From an uncultured Planctomycetia bacterium (GTDB lineage: Bacteria; Omnitrophota; Gorgyraeia; JABMRG01): a DNA stretch of 64,000 bases. The translations under genes and the position numbers were made by a program. The stretch spans positions 2,405 through 66,404 of the forward strand of contig CAZWMG010000001.1 of the NCBI GenBank assembly GCA_964634945.1. The letters run 5' to 3'. The notes below the pieces were generated by a model that saw nothing but the letters and a program-made list of their open reading frames with translations, had not been told where the DNA came from and did not search any database. Below, piece after piece: positions 37,539 through 47,250 of the stretch (position 1 is the first letter of the stretch; each line of letters starts with the position of its first letter).

Positions 37539-38531
37539 TTACGGGACCTCTATCTCATCAAATATTTTCCTGATTATATCCTCGCCTGTCTTTTCTTCAG
37601 ATTCCGCCTCGTAGCTTATGGTAACACGGTGCCTTAAGACATCCATGCCTATGCTCTTAATATCCTGAGGTGTAACATAACCCCTGCCCTGAATAAAGGC
37701 GTATGCCTTGGCAGCGAGCCTTAAGTATATTGTCGCGCGAGGTGAAGCGCCATATTGTATAAGCCCTGAGAGTTCATCAAGTTTATATTTTTCAGGTTCT
37801 CTTGTAGCGAAAACTATATCAAGGATGTATTTTTCAAGCTTTTCATCTATGTATATCTCATCTACTACTGAACGGGCGTTCATGATGTCTTTTGGCTCAA
37901 TTACACTCTGTAATTCAAATTTATTCTGCGTGAAACTCATCCTTTTGAGTATCTCGTGTTCCTCTTCTATCGTAGGGTACGTTATCATAATCTTTAGCAT
38001 AAAACGATCGACCTGGGCCTCAGGCAGCGGGTATGTACCTTCCTGCTCAATGGGGTTTTGCGTCGCCATTACCAGAAAAGGCTGGTCAAGTTTGAATGTC
38101 TCCAATCCTATCGTGACCTCCCTCTCCTGCATAGCCTCTAAAAGCGCGCTTTGTACCTTAGCCGGGGCCCTGTTTATCTCATCGGCCAGGATAACATTGG
38201 AGAATATGGGGCCTTTCTTTGTAGTAAAGGTGCCCTCTTTTGGATTATAGACCAGGGTTCCGATAATATCCGCGGGAAGAAGATCAGGGGTGAATTGTAT
38301 TCTCTGGAATTTGGTATTTATCGCCTGCGCAAGCGTTCTAATCGATAAGGTCTTGGCCAAACCGGGCACGCCCTCAACCAGGATGTGGCCGTTAGCGAGA
38401 ATGCCTACTAATAGCCTGTCGATAAGATATTGCTGGCCTACTATCACCTTCTGTATTTCGGTCTTTAGATTGCCAACGAACGCGCTCTCTTTCGCTACCT
38501 TTTCGTTAATCGCGCTTATGCCTTCCGTCAT
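37539..38531 (-). CDS. moxR: MoxR-family AAA+ ATPase
   Basis: Walker A GVPGLAKT, Walker B ILADEINR, and MoxR-specific VMATQNP. Confidence 0.85.
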   Translation of the reverse strand: MTEGISAINEKVAKESAFVGNLKTEIQKVIVGQQYLIDRLLVGILANGHILVEGVPGLAKTLSIRTLAQAINTKFQRIQFTPDLLPADIIGTLVYNPKEGTFTTKKGPIFSNVILADEINRAPAKVQSALLEAMQEREVTIGLETFKLDQPFLVMATQNPIEQEGTYPLPEAQVDRFMLKIMITYPTIEEEHEILKRMSFTQNKFELQSVIEPKDIMNARSVVDEIYIDEKLEKYILDIVFATREPEKYKLDELSGLIQYGASPRATIYLRLAAKAYAFIQGRGYVTPQDIKSIGMDVLRHRVTISYEAESEEKTGEDIIRKIFDEIEVP

Positions 38532-38623
38532 GTTAAACCTCCTTTTTTAATTTTATGGTCATAATACAATTTTATGCATATAAGAAAAAAAATCAATAAA
38601 AAAATTTACATCGCGCTAAAATA

Positions 38624-39277
38624 TTATCGGGAGAAGGTTATGTCTGTAATTAGATGAAAAGGCTCTTTAAAGTCTTTGCTCTTACAATCATAATCAGCCA
38701 TTTTTGAGAGCGCCTTGCTGGTAGAATTAAACGCTATCCCATAGCCCGCGCGCTTTAGAAGAGATATGTCGCCTTCATTATCTCCTATGCATATTGTCTC
38801 ACCGGGCCTAACCTTAAAAAGTGACTGTATATCCTTTACAGCCTTGCCCTTTTTTCCATGAATGATATTTACATCAACCTTGCCTGTTAGAACGCCTTTT
38901 TTCGCTAGGAGCCTGTTGGTTAAGAGATAATCAAGAGACAGCTCATCTCTTATGCCTTCGCCAATATACTGAAGGCCGGTAGAGACCGCGGCAAGTGTAA
39001 ATCCGAGTTTTTTCAATTTTTTTATGGAGTTCTTAGCGTTTTTTGTGTAGGAAATAGGTTTAAAGAGGTTTGCGATCTTTGCTTCAGGCAGGCCTTTCCA
39101 GCAGGCGGCATCTAATTCACAGAAGCGTTTATAGCTTATTTTTCCGGCGAGAAACCTCTCTTGATATCTTATCGCCATATCGTCCCAAATATCGAGTCTC
39201 TCATGGATTAGCTGCCATGAACTTACATGCCTTGTGATGGTTCCATCTATATCAAATATAATAAGCTTATATTTCAT
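38624..39277 (-). CDS. HAD-superfamily hydrolase (HAD-IB/phosphoserine-phosphatase-like)
   Basis: Motif I IIFDIDGTIT, motif II S/T, and motif IV GDNEGD. Confidence 0.65.
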   Translation of the reverse strand: MKYKLIIFDIDGTITRHVSSWQLIHERLDIWDDMAIRYQERFLAGKISYKRFCELDAACWKGLPEAKIANLFKPISYTKNAKNSIKKLKKLGFTLAAVSTGLQYIGEGIRDELSLDYLLTNRLLAKKGVLTGKVDVNIIHGKKGKAVKDIQSLFKVRPGETICIGDNEGDISLLKRAGYGIAFNSTSKALSKMADYDCKSKDFKEPFHLITDITFSR

Positions 39278-39328
39278 CTAGCACACATGTTTAGTCATGG
39301 CTATAACGTATGGGAATTTTTCAAATTC

Positions 39329-40354
39329 CTATACTACCTTCCCGGCAAGCTGGCCGCACGCTGCCTGGATGTCATCGCCTTTTGACGCTCTTACCGTGAC
39401 ATCGGCTCCGGATTCAGTGAGCCTGTTAACAAACTTTTCAATGCCTTTAGGCACGGGTGGCGTAAAACTTAAACCCGATATAGGGCTATATGGAATGATA
39501 TTTATCTTTGCCCAGAGCTTGCGTGCTATGCCTACTAAGGCGTTCGCGTCCGCTAAGGTATCATTGACCCCCTTTAATAGCACATATTCAACAGTGGTCT
39601 TTCTATTGGATGCCTTGGCATAATCATTGACCGCGATTATAAGTTCATTCAGGCAGTGCACCTTATTAATAGGCATGAGCTTACTGCGCAATCTGTCATT
39701 GGTAGCATGGATCGATATAGAGAGGTTGATCTGCATATCAAGGTCCTTAAGTTTCCTGATAGCCGGCGCTATACCGCTTGTTGATACGGTAATCCTCCTG
39801 GCGCCTATCGCGAGCGCGTCTTCATGGTTCATTATTCTGATAGCCTTTACTAGGTTATCATAATTATCCAGTGGTTCACCCATCCCCATGAATACATAAT
39901 TTGTCAGATTTTGGTTTAAAAAAAATGTGGCATAAGTAATCTGGTCAAGCATCTCGGCTGGCGTAAGATCTCTCTGAAAGCCGTCCAACCCACTTGCGCA
40001 AAAAGCGCACGCGTAACGACATCCGACCTGTGTTGATAAGCATATAGTAGAACGCTTGCCGGATTTGATTATAACGGATTCGATATATTTTTTGTCATTT
40101 AGCTGGAATAGAAGTTTAATGGTGCCGTCAGAACTTTGATACTCTTCAACGCTTAAAAAGCTCTTGATTAAAAAATTCTGCGTAAGTTTCTCTGTCAGGG
40201 CCTTGGGCAGATTTGTCATGGAGGAAAAGTTTTCAGGCGCCTTTTCATAAAGCCACTTAAATATCTGCTTTGCCCTGTATTTTGGTTCGCCCATATTAAA
40301 AAGGGCATCCTTTAGTTCATCAAGCGTAAGATTCTTTATATTCTCTTTTTTCAT
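39329..40354 (-). CDS. rlmN: 23S rRNA (adenine2503-C2)/tRNA methyltransferase RlmN (radical SAM)
   Basis: Radical SAM cluster CRYACAFC, the C-terminal RlmN/Cfr catalytic Cys region, and typical length. Confidence 0.85.
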   Translation of the reverse strand: MKKENIKNLTLDELKDALFNMGEPKYRAKQIFKWLYEKAPENFSSMTNLPKALTEKLTQNFLIKSFLSVEEYQSSDGTIKLLFQLNDKKYIESVIIKSGKRSTICLSTQVGCRYACAFCASGLDGFQRDLTPAEMLDQITYATFFLNQNLTNYVFMGMGEPLDNYDNLVKAIRIMNHEDALAIGARRITVSTSGIAPAIRKLKDLDMQINLSISIHATNDRLRSKLMPINKVHCLNELIIAVNDYAKASNRKTTVEYVLLKGVNDTLADANALVGIARKLWAKINIIPYSPISGLSFTPPVPKGIEKFVNRLTESGADVTVRASKGDDIQAACGQLAGKVV

Positions 40355-40397
40355 AGCGTTTTCTTTAATTTGGAAAACGAAATTGTCTCGCTCTTTA

Positions 40398-41780
40398 TTA
40401 CTTTGTTTTTATGTTGAGGATGAACAGATCGTCTCTTAGGTCATTATGCGCGAAGTCCTTGACCTGACTTAGCAGGTTATTGTTGAAAACATCTACGTCT
40501 AATCCACGATTTTTACTTATATACGCTTCTACTCTATCAGAGCCATATTCTTCGCCATTCTCATCCCTGGCCTCCAGAACACCATCGGTAAAGAGTAGAA
40601 TGCTGTCATTTTTTCCGAAAGGCACTTCGTTGTTATATGTTTCTTTATCATCCAAAGGCAGGCCTAAGAAACTTGTCTGTGCCGCTAGTTTTTCAAGCCT
40701 TGGATTCGCGCTGTGATATATATACTGTGGTGGATGCCCATAGCTTGAATAAGTAAATTTTCTGGATAGGTGATGAAAATCAAGCAGCCCGCAAAATGCC
40801 GTCATATACATGTTTAATTCCGAGAAGTTATTGAGCATGAACATATTGACTGATTTTAATATCTCGCCCGGGAACATATTGCTTGGAAGTTTCATCTCTT
40901 TTGATAGTCTTTCGAATTCAGTGTTTAAGGCATTGACTGTAAGCGCCGCGGATACACCGTGTCCCGTTACATCGCATATAATAAATAAGAGCTTATGCTT
41001 ATCGATAAAATGGAACTTAGCGTAATCCCCACCGATATAATGCATGGGAAGATAAGTTACAGCTATATCCGCTAGGTTGGTACTTGTTGAGTGGGGTATG
41101 AGTTTTGAATGGACCTTGGTCGCAAGTTTGAGCTCTTTTTCCATCTGGTCGTTCTTCTCTTCTACATCCTTAAATAAGATATAATTTTCTAGGTCGCGCT
41201 CTCTCTCACGCTTTATAACAGCAAAGCATACAATTGCCGATAAAAAAAGCGCTATGAACCCATTTACATAATCAACAACACCTGTGCTAATCATACTGCC
41301 TTTATATATGTAAGAAGGCACATTTATTAGTAGGATATCAAACGCTATAAAATGAAGCAGTGATACAAGCAGGCTCTTTAATGTTGACCAGGGAAAGATA
41401 AATGAGAACGCAAAAAGCATAAAGACAAATCCAAGCGCCGCGTCAAAAGGGGGTGTATGATAAGCGATACTGTCTCTTGTCATTGTCGCGAGAGACAGTA
41501 CTATAAAGAGTAAGGCGCTTGCCTGAGCTGTTCTGAAAGTGCGGATTTTTCCCGCAAGAAAGTATGTTGCCAAACATAACAGAAGCGACCATGTCCAGGT
41601 AAGCTGCATCTGGTATGTGGCTTTTTCCTGTAAGGCAAGCATGCCTATTATATCGCCAACAAGATTACATATAACTAGCAATAGCGCCGCTAACCTCAAA
41701 CGGCTCTTGATAAGTTCTGTCTGCTCTTTACGAAAATCCCCTAAGAGATTTTTAGGTAACTTCTTAATCTTATTATTCAT
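40398..41780 (-). CDS. membrane-anchored PP2C-type Ser/Thr phosphatase (SpoIIE/RsbU-like)
   Basis: About 8 N-terminal TM helices. C-terminal PP2C motifs DVTGHGVSAA and LFTDGVLEA. Confidence 0.75.
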   Translation of the reverse strand: MNNKIKKLPKNLLGDFRKEQTELIKSRLRLAALLLVICNLVGDIIGMLALQEKATYQMQLTWTWSLLLCLATYFLAGKIRTFRTAQASALLFIVLSLATMTRDSIAYHTPPFDAALGFVFMLFAFSFIFPWSTLKSLLVSLLHFIAFDILLINVPSYIYKGSMISTGVVDYVNGFIALFLSAIVCFAVIKRERERDLENYILFKDVEEKNDQMEKELKLATKVHSKLIPHSTSTNLADIAVTYLPMHYIGGDYAKFHFIDKHKLLFIICDVTGHGVSAALTVNALNTEFERLSKEMKLPSNMFPGEILKSVNMFMLNNFSELNMYMTAFCGLLDFHHLSRKFTYSSYGHPPQYIYHSANPRLEKLAAQTSFLGLPLDDKETYNNEVPFGKNDSILLFTDGVLEARDENGEEYGSDRVEAYISKNRGLDVDVFNNNLLSQVKDFAHNDLRDDLFILNIKTK

Positions 41781-42837
41781 ATGCGGGCAATCCGCTCTTA
41801 TTTAGAATACTTGGGATGAGGCTTTTGGAAGTTTCTGTAAATTTGATTATCTGATCCATCATTTTTACTGTTTCAACAGGATGCATGCCGGCTGCTGTTT
41901 CACCTGATAGCATAACATAGTCAGAGCCGTCATATATAGCATTGGCAACATCACTGACCTCTGCCCTGGTGGGGCGCAAGTGCTCTGTCATGGACTCAAG
42001 CATCTGGGTCGCGGTTATAACAAACTTCTTTCTCTGTTTGCATTTTTTGATGATCATCTTCTGCATTACAGGGACCTGATATATTGGTAAAGATATCCCC
42101 ATGTCACCTCGCGCTATCATAATACCATCGGCAACATCGAGTATCTCATCGATATTTTTTATGCCGTCGCGGTTTTCAATCTTTGCTATGAGCTTAGCGG
42201 CGCTATTGCTATTAATATGTTTTCGGATATTGAGCATATCCTGTTTATTACGCACAAAACTCTGCGCGATAAAGTTGACCTTATGCTTTATTCCAAAGGC
42301 GAGGTCTAACTTGTCTTTTTCCGTGATACTTTTAAATTTCAGCTTTATATCGGGTACATTAACACCCTTATTGGTCTTTACCCTGCCTGGTACTATAACC
42401 TCGGTCTTTAGGTAATTTTTTGTCCTTCCCTTTACCAGCAGGGCGATATTGCCATCATCGATATATATAAAATTGCCTGTCTTAATATCATCCAAAGAGC
42501 CGTCGTAATCAAGGGGGATGACCCCATTGGCAATAGTTGGCCTCTTATTCGATAATAGCACCCTGCCTTTCTTCTCGAGGTCTATCCCGTTACCGGGAAT
42601 AGTGCCGATGCGTATCCTGTAGCCCTCAAGGTCCTGTAGTATTTTTACATTGCGCCTGTACTTCTTATTTATAGCCCTTACAATTTTTATGCAATTAAGG
42701 TGCTGTAAGTGATTTCCATGGGAAAAATTAAGCCTCGCGACATCCATGCCCGCGAGCATCATCTTTCTAAGCATAGTGCTATTGTTACTCGCAGGGCCCA
42801 ATGTAGAGATTATCTTTGTCTTTGCTAATCTTTCCAT
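41773..42837 (-). CDS. pyk: pyruvate kinase, short form without the C-terminal regulatory domain
   Basis: IISTLGPAS, NFSHG and MLSGETAAG motifs. Only 354 aa, where typical enzymes are about 470 aa. Confidence 0.7.
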   Translation of the reverse strand: MERLAKTKIISTLGPASNNSTMLRKMMLAGMDVARLNFSHGNHLQHLNCIKIVRAINKKYRRNVKILQDLEGYRIRIGTIPGNGIDLEKKGRVLLSNKRPTIANGVIPLDYDGSLDDIKTGNFIYIDDGNIALLVKGRTKNYLKTEVIVPGRVKTNKGVNVPDIKLKFKSITEKDKLDLAFGIKHKVNFIAQSFVRNKQDMLNIRKHINSNSAAKLIAKIENRDGIKNIDEILDVADGIMIARGDMGISLPIYQVPVMQKMIIKKCKQRKKFVITATQMLESMTEHLRPTRAEVSDVANAIYDGSDYVMLSGETAAGMHPVETVKMMDQIIKFTETSKSLIPSILNKSGLPAYE

Positions 42838-42850
42838 AAAATCTTTCTAA

Positions 42851-43132
42851 TCATTCGGTGCGTTGCGTGATCTCTATTAAGTGGTAGCCAAAATCGGTTT
42901 TTATAGGGCCGTGTATCTTTCCGCATTCAGCGTTGAATACTACATCATCAAACTCTTTAACCATCTGACCGGGTTCAAACTCACCTAACGCGCCACCCTG
43001 TTTACCTGAAGGGCATTCCGAATGCTCCTCGGCTATCTTAGCGAAATCAGCACCTGCCTTGATCTTTGATTTAAGGTCATTACAAGCATCTTCAGTGGCT
43101 ACTAAAATATGACGTGCGCTTGCTTTTGCCAT
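42851..43132 (-). CDS. ppiC: parvulin-type peptidyl-prolyl cis-trans isomerase
   Basis: 93 aa with ARHIL and GGALGEF...GQM motifs. Confidence 0.75.
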   Translation of the reverse strand: MAKASARHILVATEDACNDLKSKIKAGADFAKIAEEHSECPSGKQGGALGEFEPGQMVKEFDDVVFNAECGKIHGPIKTDFGYHLIEITQRTE

Positions 43133-43159
43133 CTCTTCCTCCTGTTTGTTTTTCTTAGT

Positions 43160-43858
43160 TTAAGAAATCTCGGTTTCAAGTTTTGATACCAATTTATCGG
43201 TATCTTTTAGTGTCGCGACGGATATCATATTGGACCTTTTTGCCTCAACCATCAGAGACTTCAATGTGGCAAGAAAGCGCCTTACCAGTGCGGCCTTTCT
43301 CTTTTGCCACGCTTCCTTAGGTTCTAGCTCCTGGCGCTGCTTCATAAATGACGTTAGATCCTTTTTTACGGCGCGCTCATCCTTGCCCATCTCCAGGACA
43401 CCTTTTTTTATGGAGGAGTAATCTTCGCTGCTTAAGTCCTTTTTATCGCGCGCCAGGCGCAGCACATCGACAGACTGATAAGTAGGCACCTTCGCGGTCT
43501 CCGCGACATCATTGTAATCCTTCTTTAAGTAACGAGGCTCCTCTTTTTCAAGGAAACTATAGCTTCTTAAAAGCTTGATCGCTGTCTCCTTGCGTATGCC
43601 TATCTCTTTAGCGGTGTAGGCCTCGAATGTATCATAGCCCCACTCCTTGTACATCTTGTCTTTCCATACCGCGTAAAGCGCCTGGCCTAGGCTTATCCAC
43701 GATGTCTTAAACCCTTTGGCATTGGCGAGTATCTGGCCGCGTATGCTTTCGCTGTCAATATCGACCATCTTTTCCTCAAGTGCCCTAATAGATTTTGTCT
43801 TTAGCTCTTTCAAGGCAATCTTCCTATGATGACTGGCTGTTCTTTTTAAGCTCGCCAA
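43160..43858 (-). CDS. hypothetical cytoplasmic protein
   Basis: 232-aa ORF with no recognisable domain. The N-terminus overlaps the small ORF at 43824..43994, so the true start may be internal. Confidence 0.35.
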   Translation of the reverse strand: MASLKRTASHHRKIALKELKTKSIRALEEKMVDIDSESIRGQILANAKGFKTSWISLGQALYAVWKDKMYKEWGYDTFEAYTAKEIGIRKETAIKLLRSYSFLEKEEPRYLKKDYNDVAETAKVPTYQSVDVLRLARDKKDLSSEDYSSIKKGVLEMGKDERAVKKDLTSFMKQRQELEPKEAWQKRKAALVRRFLATLKSLMVEAKRSNMISVATLKDTDKLVSKLETEIS

Positions 43859-43994
43859 GTATCTCGTTTAATGTAGATTCAATCTTGATAAGGAGAGCAA
43901 TCTGTTCCTGATGTTTCATATCCTGCTGCTGCTGCATCTTTTTTGCCTCTCCGGCAAGGTTTACCATATTGCCTAAGTCGCTCATATTAAACAT
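43824..43994 (-). CDS. unlisted small ORF (56 aa) with a strong Shine-Dalgarno
   Basis: Own translation: MFNMSDLGNMVNLAGEAKKMQQQQDMKHQEQIALLIKIESTLNEILGELKKNSQSS. It is preceded by AAAGGAGGG 5 nt upstream of the ATG. It is absent from the ORF track because it is under 60 aa. Confidence 0.4.
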   Translation of the reverse strand: MFNMSDLGNMVNLAGEAKKMQQQQDMKHQEQIALLIKIESTLNEILGELKKNSQSS

Positions 43995-44121
43995 GCTATC
44001 CCTCCTTTGATTGTATGAATGTTTATATTACCATAAGAATATACATATTGTAAAGTATTGTAAAGGAATTTTTGTTTTTATTATACTGTAAAGGAATTGG
44101 TCAATAGAATAGAGGCGCTTT

Positions 44122-45042
44122 TTATCCGTTTACAGGATAGCCTTGTTTTTCCCATGCGAGGAAACCACCCTCGACATTATAAGCCTTATGCCCCCAGCTT
44201 CTGAGCCTGGTGACTATGCGATCAGCGTCTACTACATTTGATGAGAATACAGCGATAACAGCGCCCCTGTTGGTGCCGCTTAAAACATTTTTAAGATGGC
44301 CTTCATCGCTGCTTATCTTGTCCTTTGGAAAACGTATAGAGTTAGGTATGTACTTCTTGCTCAGTTCGTCTTTTTCCCTGACATCCAATAAGACAGTATC
44401 GCGCCCTTTAGTTATGCGAAGATACAGGTCTTTTACATTAATAGACGGTGTTTCAGGGAGAAGCTCTTTAGGGGGTTCGATTATAGCAAGGGGGGCTTCA
44501 TTAGCCTTTTCCACAGAGGTTTGTAGCGCCTGAGTACGATATACTACGCCAAGGTTATTAAGGCTCTTAGCGACATCGGGATGGTCTGTGCCAAGAATTT
44601 GTTCTCGTATCTCAAGCGCGCGCCTGTAAAGCGGTTCGGCATCTTCATATCTGCCTTGAGCATAGTAGAGTGTCGCAAGGTTATTCATGCCTTGCGCTAC
44701 ATCGAGATGATTGGGCCCAAAGGCGCGCTGCTTTATAGTAAGCGCGCGTTTATAGAGAGGCTCTGCCTCATCATACATAGCTTGCGCGTAGTAGACTGTA
44801 GCAAGATTGTTCAATACCGTGGCAACTGAAGGATGATCCGGACCGAGGGTCTCCTCGACAGAGGTTACAGCTGTTTTCGCGATAATTACAGCATAATCAA
44901 AATTGCCCTCATTATATAGCGCTATAACCTGCTGATCAAGGGCCTCCCATGATGCCATTGGTTCCTCAGCAACTACCGGCATACTTATGCAGGCTATCGC
45001 TAAATATGTTATTAATGATAATCTTATTATGTATCGTGTCAT
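44122..45042 (-). CDS. secreted TPR-repeat protein with a C-terminal rhodanese-like domain. The catalytic Cys position is occupied by Ser.
   Basis: Signal peptide. TPR_10/12-type repeats (MNNLATLYYAQGRYEDAEPLYRRALEI). Rhodanese fold LLDVREKDE...IAVFSSNVVDADR...GGFLAW. Confidence 0.65.
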   Translation of the reverse strand: MTRYIIRLSLITYLAIACISMPVVAEEPMASWEALDQQVIALYNEGNFDYAVIIAKTAVTSVEETLGPDHPSVATVLNNLATVYYAQAMYDEAEPLYKRALTIKQRAFGPNHLDVAQGMNNLATLYYAQGRYEDAEPLYRRALEIREQILGTDHPDVAKSLNNLGVVYRTQALQTSVEKANEAPLAIIEPPKELLPETPSINVKDLYLRITKGRDTVLLDVREKDELSKKYIPNSIRFPKDKISSDEGHLKNVLSGTNRGAVIAVFSSNVVDADRIVTRLRSWGHKAYNVEGGFLAWEKQGYPVNG

Positions 45043-45114
45043 GCTTAGCTATAAATGTTTGTGATATGTGAAATAAGAATGGAAACGAACAAGCAAGCTA
45101 TATAATAGTTGCAT

Positions 45115-45447
45115 TTAATGGATAAAAGTATTCTTTATTGATTCAATAGAAATTGATGAATATGGCTCTATATTAGCACCTGTTCTTATCGCATCGCCTG
45201 CGTATAGTGCCATGCTTTCCTTTGCCGCTATCCAAAAAGGTGTACCCGATCTTAAAATGGCGACATCTTTTTCACCGGTTATACGCGATATAATAAAATT
45301 TGCTGTTAAAGCTTTTTTTGCAGTATATGCGACATTAATAATCGGCATAACAGTCAAGGCAGTTGCCATAACAATCAATGTAAATATCTTAGCTATTAAA
45401 GCAATGGCTTCTTCTGTTTTAAGCATACATAATCTTATTCTGCGCAT
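45115..45447 (-). CDS. doubtful small hypothetical ORF
   Basis: 110-aa ORF. An equally long plus-strand ORF (45212..45469) overlaps it. No SD or family support. Confidence 0.2.
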   Translation of the reverse strand: MRRIRLCMLKTEEAIALIAKIFTLIVMATALTVMPIINVAYTAKKALTANFIISRITGEKDVAILRSGTPFWIAAKESMALYAGDAIRTGANIEPYSSISIESIKNTFIH

Positions 45448-46364
45448 TGTCTGTTTTTATACCACTTAATAGTTTTTTTAATCCCCTCATCTATGTAAAT
45501 AGATGATTTCCAGCTAAGTTCTTTTATAGCCTTTGCAGGGTCGATGGCACTTCTTCTCTGTTCGCCTTGCTTTGCCTTTCCGTGTTTTAAGCCTATATTT
45601 GATCCTGTCTCTCTTTTTAATTTTTTAGCCAAATCATTTACATCTGTCTCGATGCCGGTTCCTATATTATATATCTGGTTTTTACCTAATGTCAAAGCAA
45701 GGGTATTTGCCTTAACAACATCATCAACATACACGTAGTCCCTTGTTTGTTTTCCGTCGCCATTTATGGTACAGCTTTTATTTTTAAGCATAGCGCTTGT
45801 GAATATAGCTACAACGCCTGCTTCTCCAAGAGGATCCTGGCGAGGGCCATATACATTAGCATAGCGTAAAATAGTATAATCAATGCCATGAGTCTTCATG
45901 TAGAAATATAAATACATTTCAACGCTGACCTTCGCGATACCATATGGTGACAGGGGTTCCAGGGCGTGTTTTTCGCTAGCAGGAAATTTAGCCTGCTCAC
46001 CATATCCAGCGCCGCCTGATGAGGCAAATATTATTTTCTTAACATTGTGTTTAACGCAGAGCTGAAAGAGATTAATACTTCCCAGGATATTGACCTTGGC
46101 ATCGAAGATAGGCTCATCTACTGATTTACGAAGATCTATCTGAGCAGCATGATGATTGACGATATCGGGTTTTTCTGTTTCAAAGATATTATTTAAGGCA
46201 TCTTCTTCAATGCCTGTTTTATAAAATTTGGCACTGGGGTTTATGTTCTGCTCTTTTCCTGTTGATAGGTTATCTACTATGGCTACTTTATGGCCATCTT
46301 CAATATGCCTATCAGTAATATTAGAGCCTATAAAACCCGCTCCGCCAGTAACTAATATCTTCAT
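45435..46364 (-). CDS. NAD-dependent epimerase/dehydratase (SDR, UDP-sugar 4-epimerase-like)
   Basis: MKILVTGGAGFIGSN Rossmann motif. A YxxxK catalytic dyad region is present. Confidence 0.85.
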   Translation of the reverse strand: MKILVTGGAGFIGSNITDRHIEDGHKVAIVDNLSTGKEQNINPSAKFYKTGIEEDALNNIFETEKPDIVNHHAAQIDLRKSVDEPIFDAKVNILGSINLFQLCVKHNVKKIIFASSGGAGYGEQAKFPASEKHALEPLSPYGIAKVSVEMYLYFYMKTHGIDYTILRYANVYGPRQDPLGEAGVVAIFTSAMLKNKSCTINGDGKQTRDYVYVDDVVKANTLALTLGKNQIYNIGTGIETDVNDLAKKLKRETGSNIGLKHGKAKQGEQRRSAIDPAKAIKELSWKSSIYIDEGIKKTIKWYKNRQCAE

Positions 46365-46408
46365 TTTGATAAACTCCTCTTAAATATAGTTAATCTTAAA
46401 CAACTTAT

Positions 46409-46777
46409 TTATCTTTTATAATCATCCTCTAAACGCTCTATGTCATCTTCGCCGAAGTAGTCACCGGTCTGTATCTCAATAAAGACAAGGTTGTCCTTTC
46501 CTGTATTCTTTATTCTGTGGGCACTATTACGGGGAATATCAATATGTTCGCCAACTGATAAAGAGTGTTCCTGGTCATTGATGGTCACCTGCGCGCTTCC
46601 ACTATGGATAAACCAGTGTTCTTCTCTTTTTTTATGCCTCTGAAGGCTTAGACGATGGCCGGGATAGACAGTAATCTCTTTTACCTTATGATCCGCGCTA
46701 TTTAAGAGGACGAGGTATTTTCCCCAAGGGCGCTCACCTATTGAGACTGAGTATTCTTTTTGGTATTCGTTTTTCAT
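46409..46777 (-). CDS. cupin-domain protein (mannose-6-phosphate isomerase type II C-terminal-like)
   Basis: 122 aa with cupin motifs GERPWGKY, H..HWF.H.G and GEHIDIPRNSAHR. Confidence 0.65.
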   Translation of the reverse strand: MKNEYQKEYSVSIGERPWGKYLVLLNSADHKVKEITVYPGHRLSLQRHKKREEHWFIHSGSAQVTINDQEHSLSVGEHIDIPRNSAHRIKNTGKDNLVFIEIQTGDYFGEDDIERLEDDYKR

Positions 46778-46779
46778 CT

Positions 46780-47250
46780 CTACCTTGATATCTTTGTTAT
46801 CTTGTAACTTAATGTGCCGGCAGGGACCTCTATCTTGACCTCATCGCCTACCTTGTGCCCAAGCAGAGCTGTTCCTACGGGTGATGTTACAGATATCTTA
46901 TTATTGGCGTAGTCAGCCTCCGGTTCTGAGACAAGGGTGTAGGCCTCTTCTTCTTTAGTATCGATATCTACAATATTGACTGTCGCGCCTATGAGCGCCT
47001 CATCGGAGGACATCTTGGACTCATCTATTATCTGCGCCTGCGCCAGTTTCTCCTCAAGCTCAGCTATATGCTTTTCATTCATGCCCTGCGCATCTTTGGC
47101 AGCGTCGTATTCAGCATTTTCACTGATGTCACCGTGCGCGCGCGCTGTTCCGATATGCGCGGATAATTCACGGCGTTTCTTTGTTTTTAGATAATCCAAC
47201 TCATTCTTGAGTTTCTCATAACCTTCCTGTGATAAATATATCTTTGCCAT
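46780..47250 (-). CDS. greA: transcription elongation factor GreA
   Basis: 156 aa. N-terminal coiled-coil with acidic tip (RAHGDISENAEYDAAK) and an FKBP-like C-terminal domain. Confidence 0.9.
   Translation of the reverse strand: MAKIYLSQEGYEKLKNELDYLKTKKRRELSAHIGTARAHGDISENAEYDAAKDAQGMNEKHIAELEEKLAQAQIIDESKMSSDEALIGATVNIVDIDTKEEEAYTLVSEPEADYANNKISVTSPVGTALLGHKVGDEVKIEVPAGTLSYKITKISR

Noticed and set aside
45212-45469. 85-aa plus-strand ORF as an alternative to the minus ORF 45115..45447
   Set aside because: Neither has family or RBS support. The plus one would be the only plus-strand gene in the window. Only the minus ORF was kept, at very low confidence.
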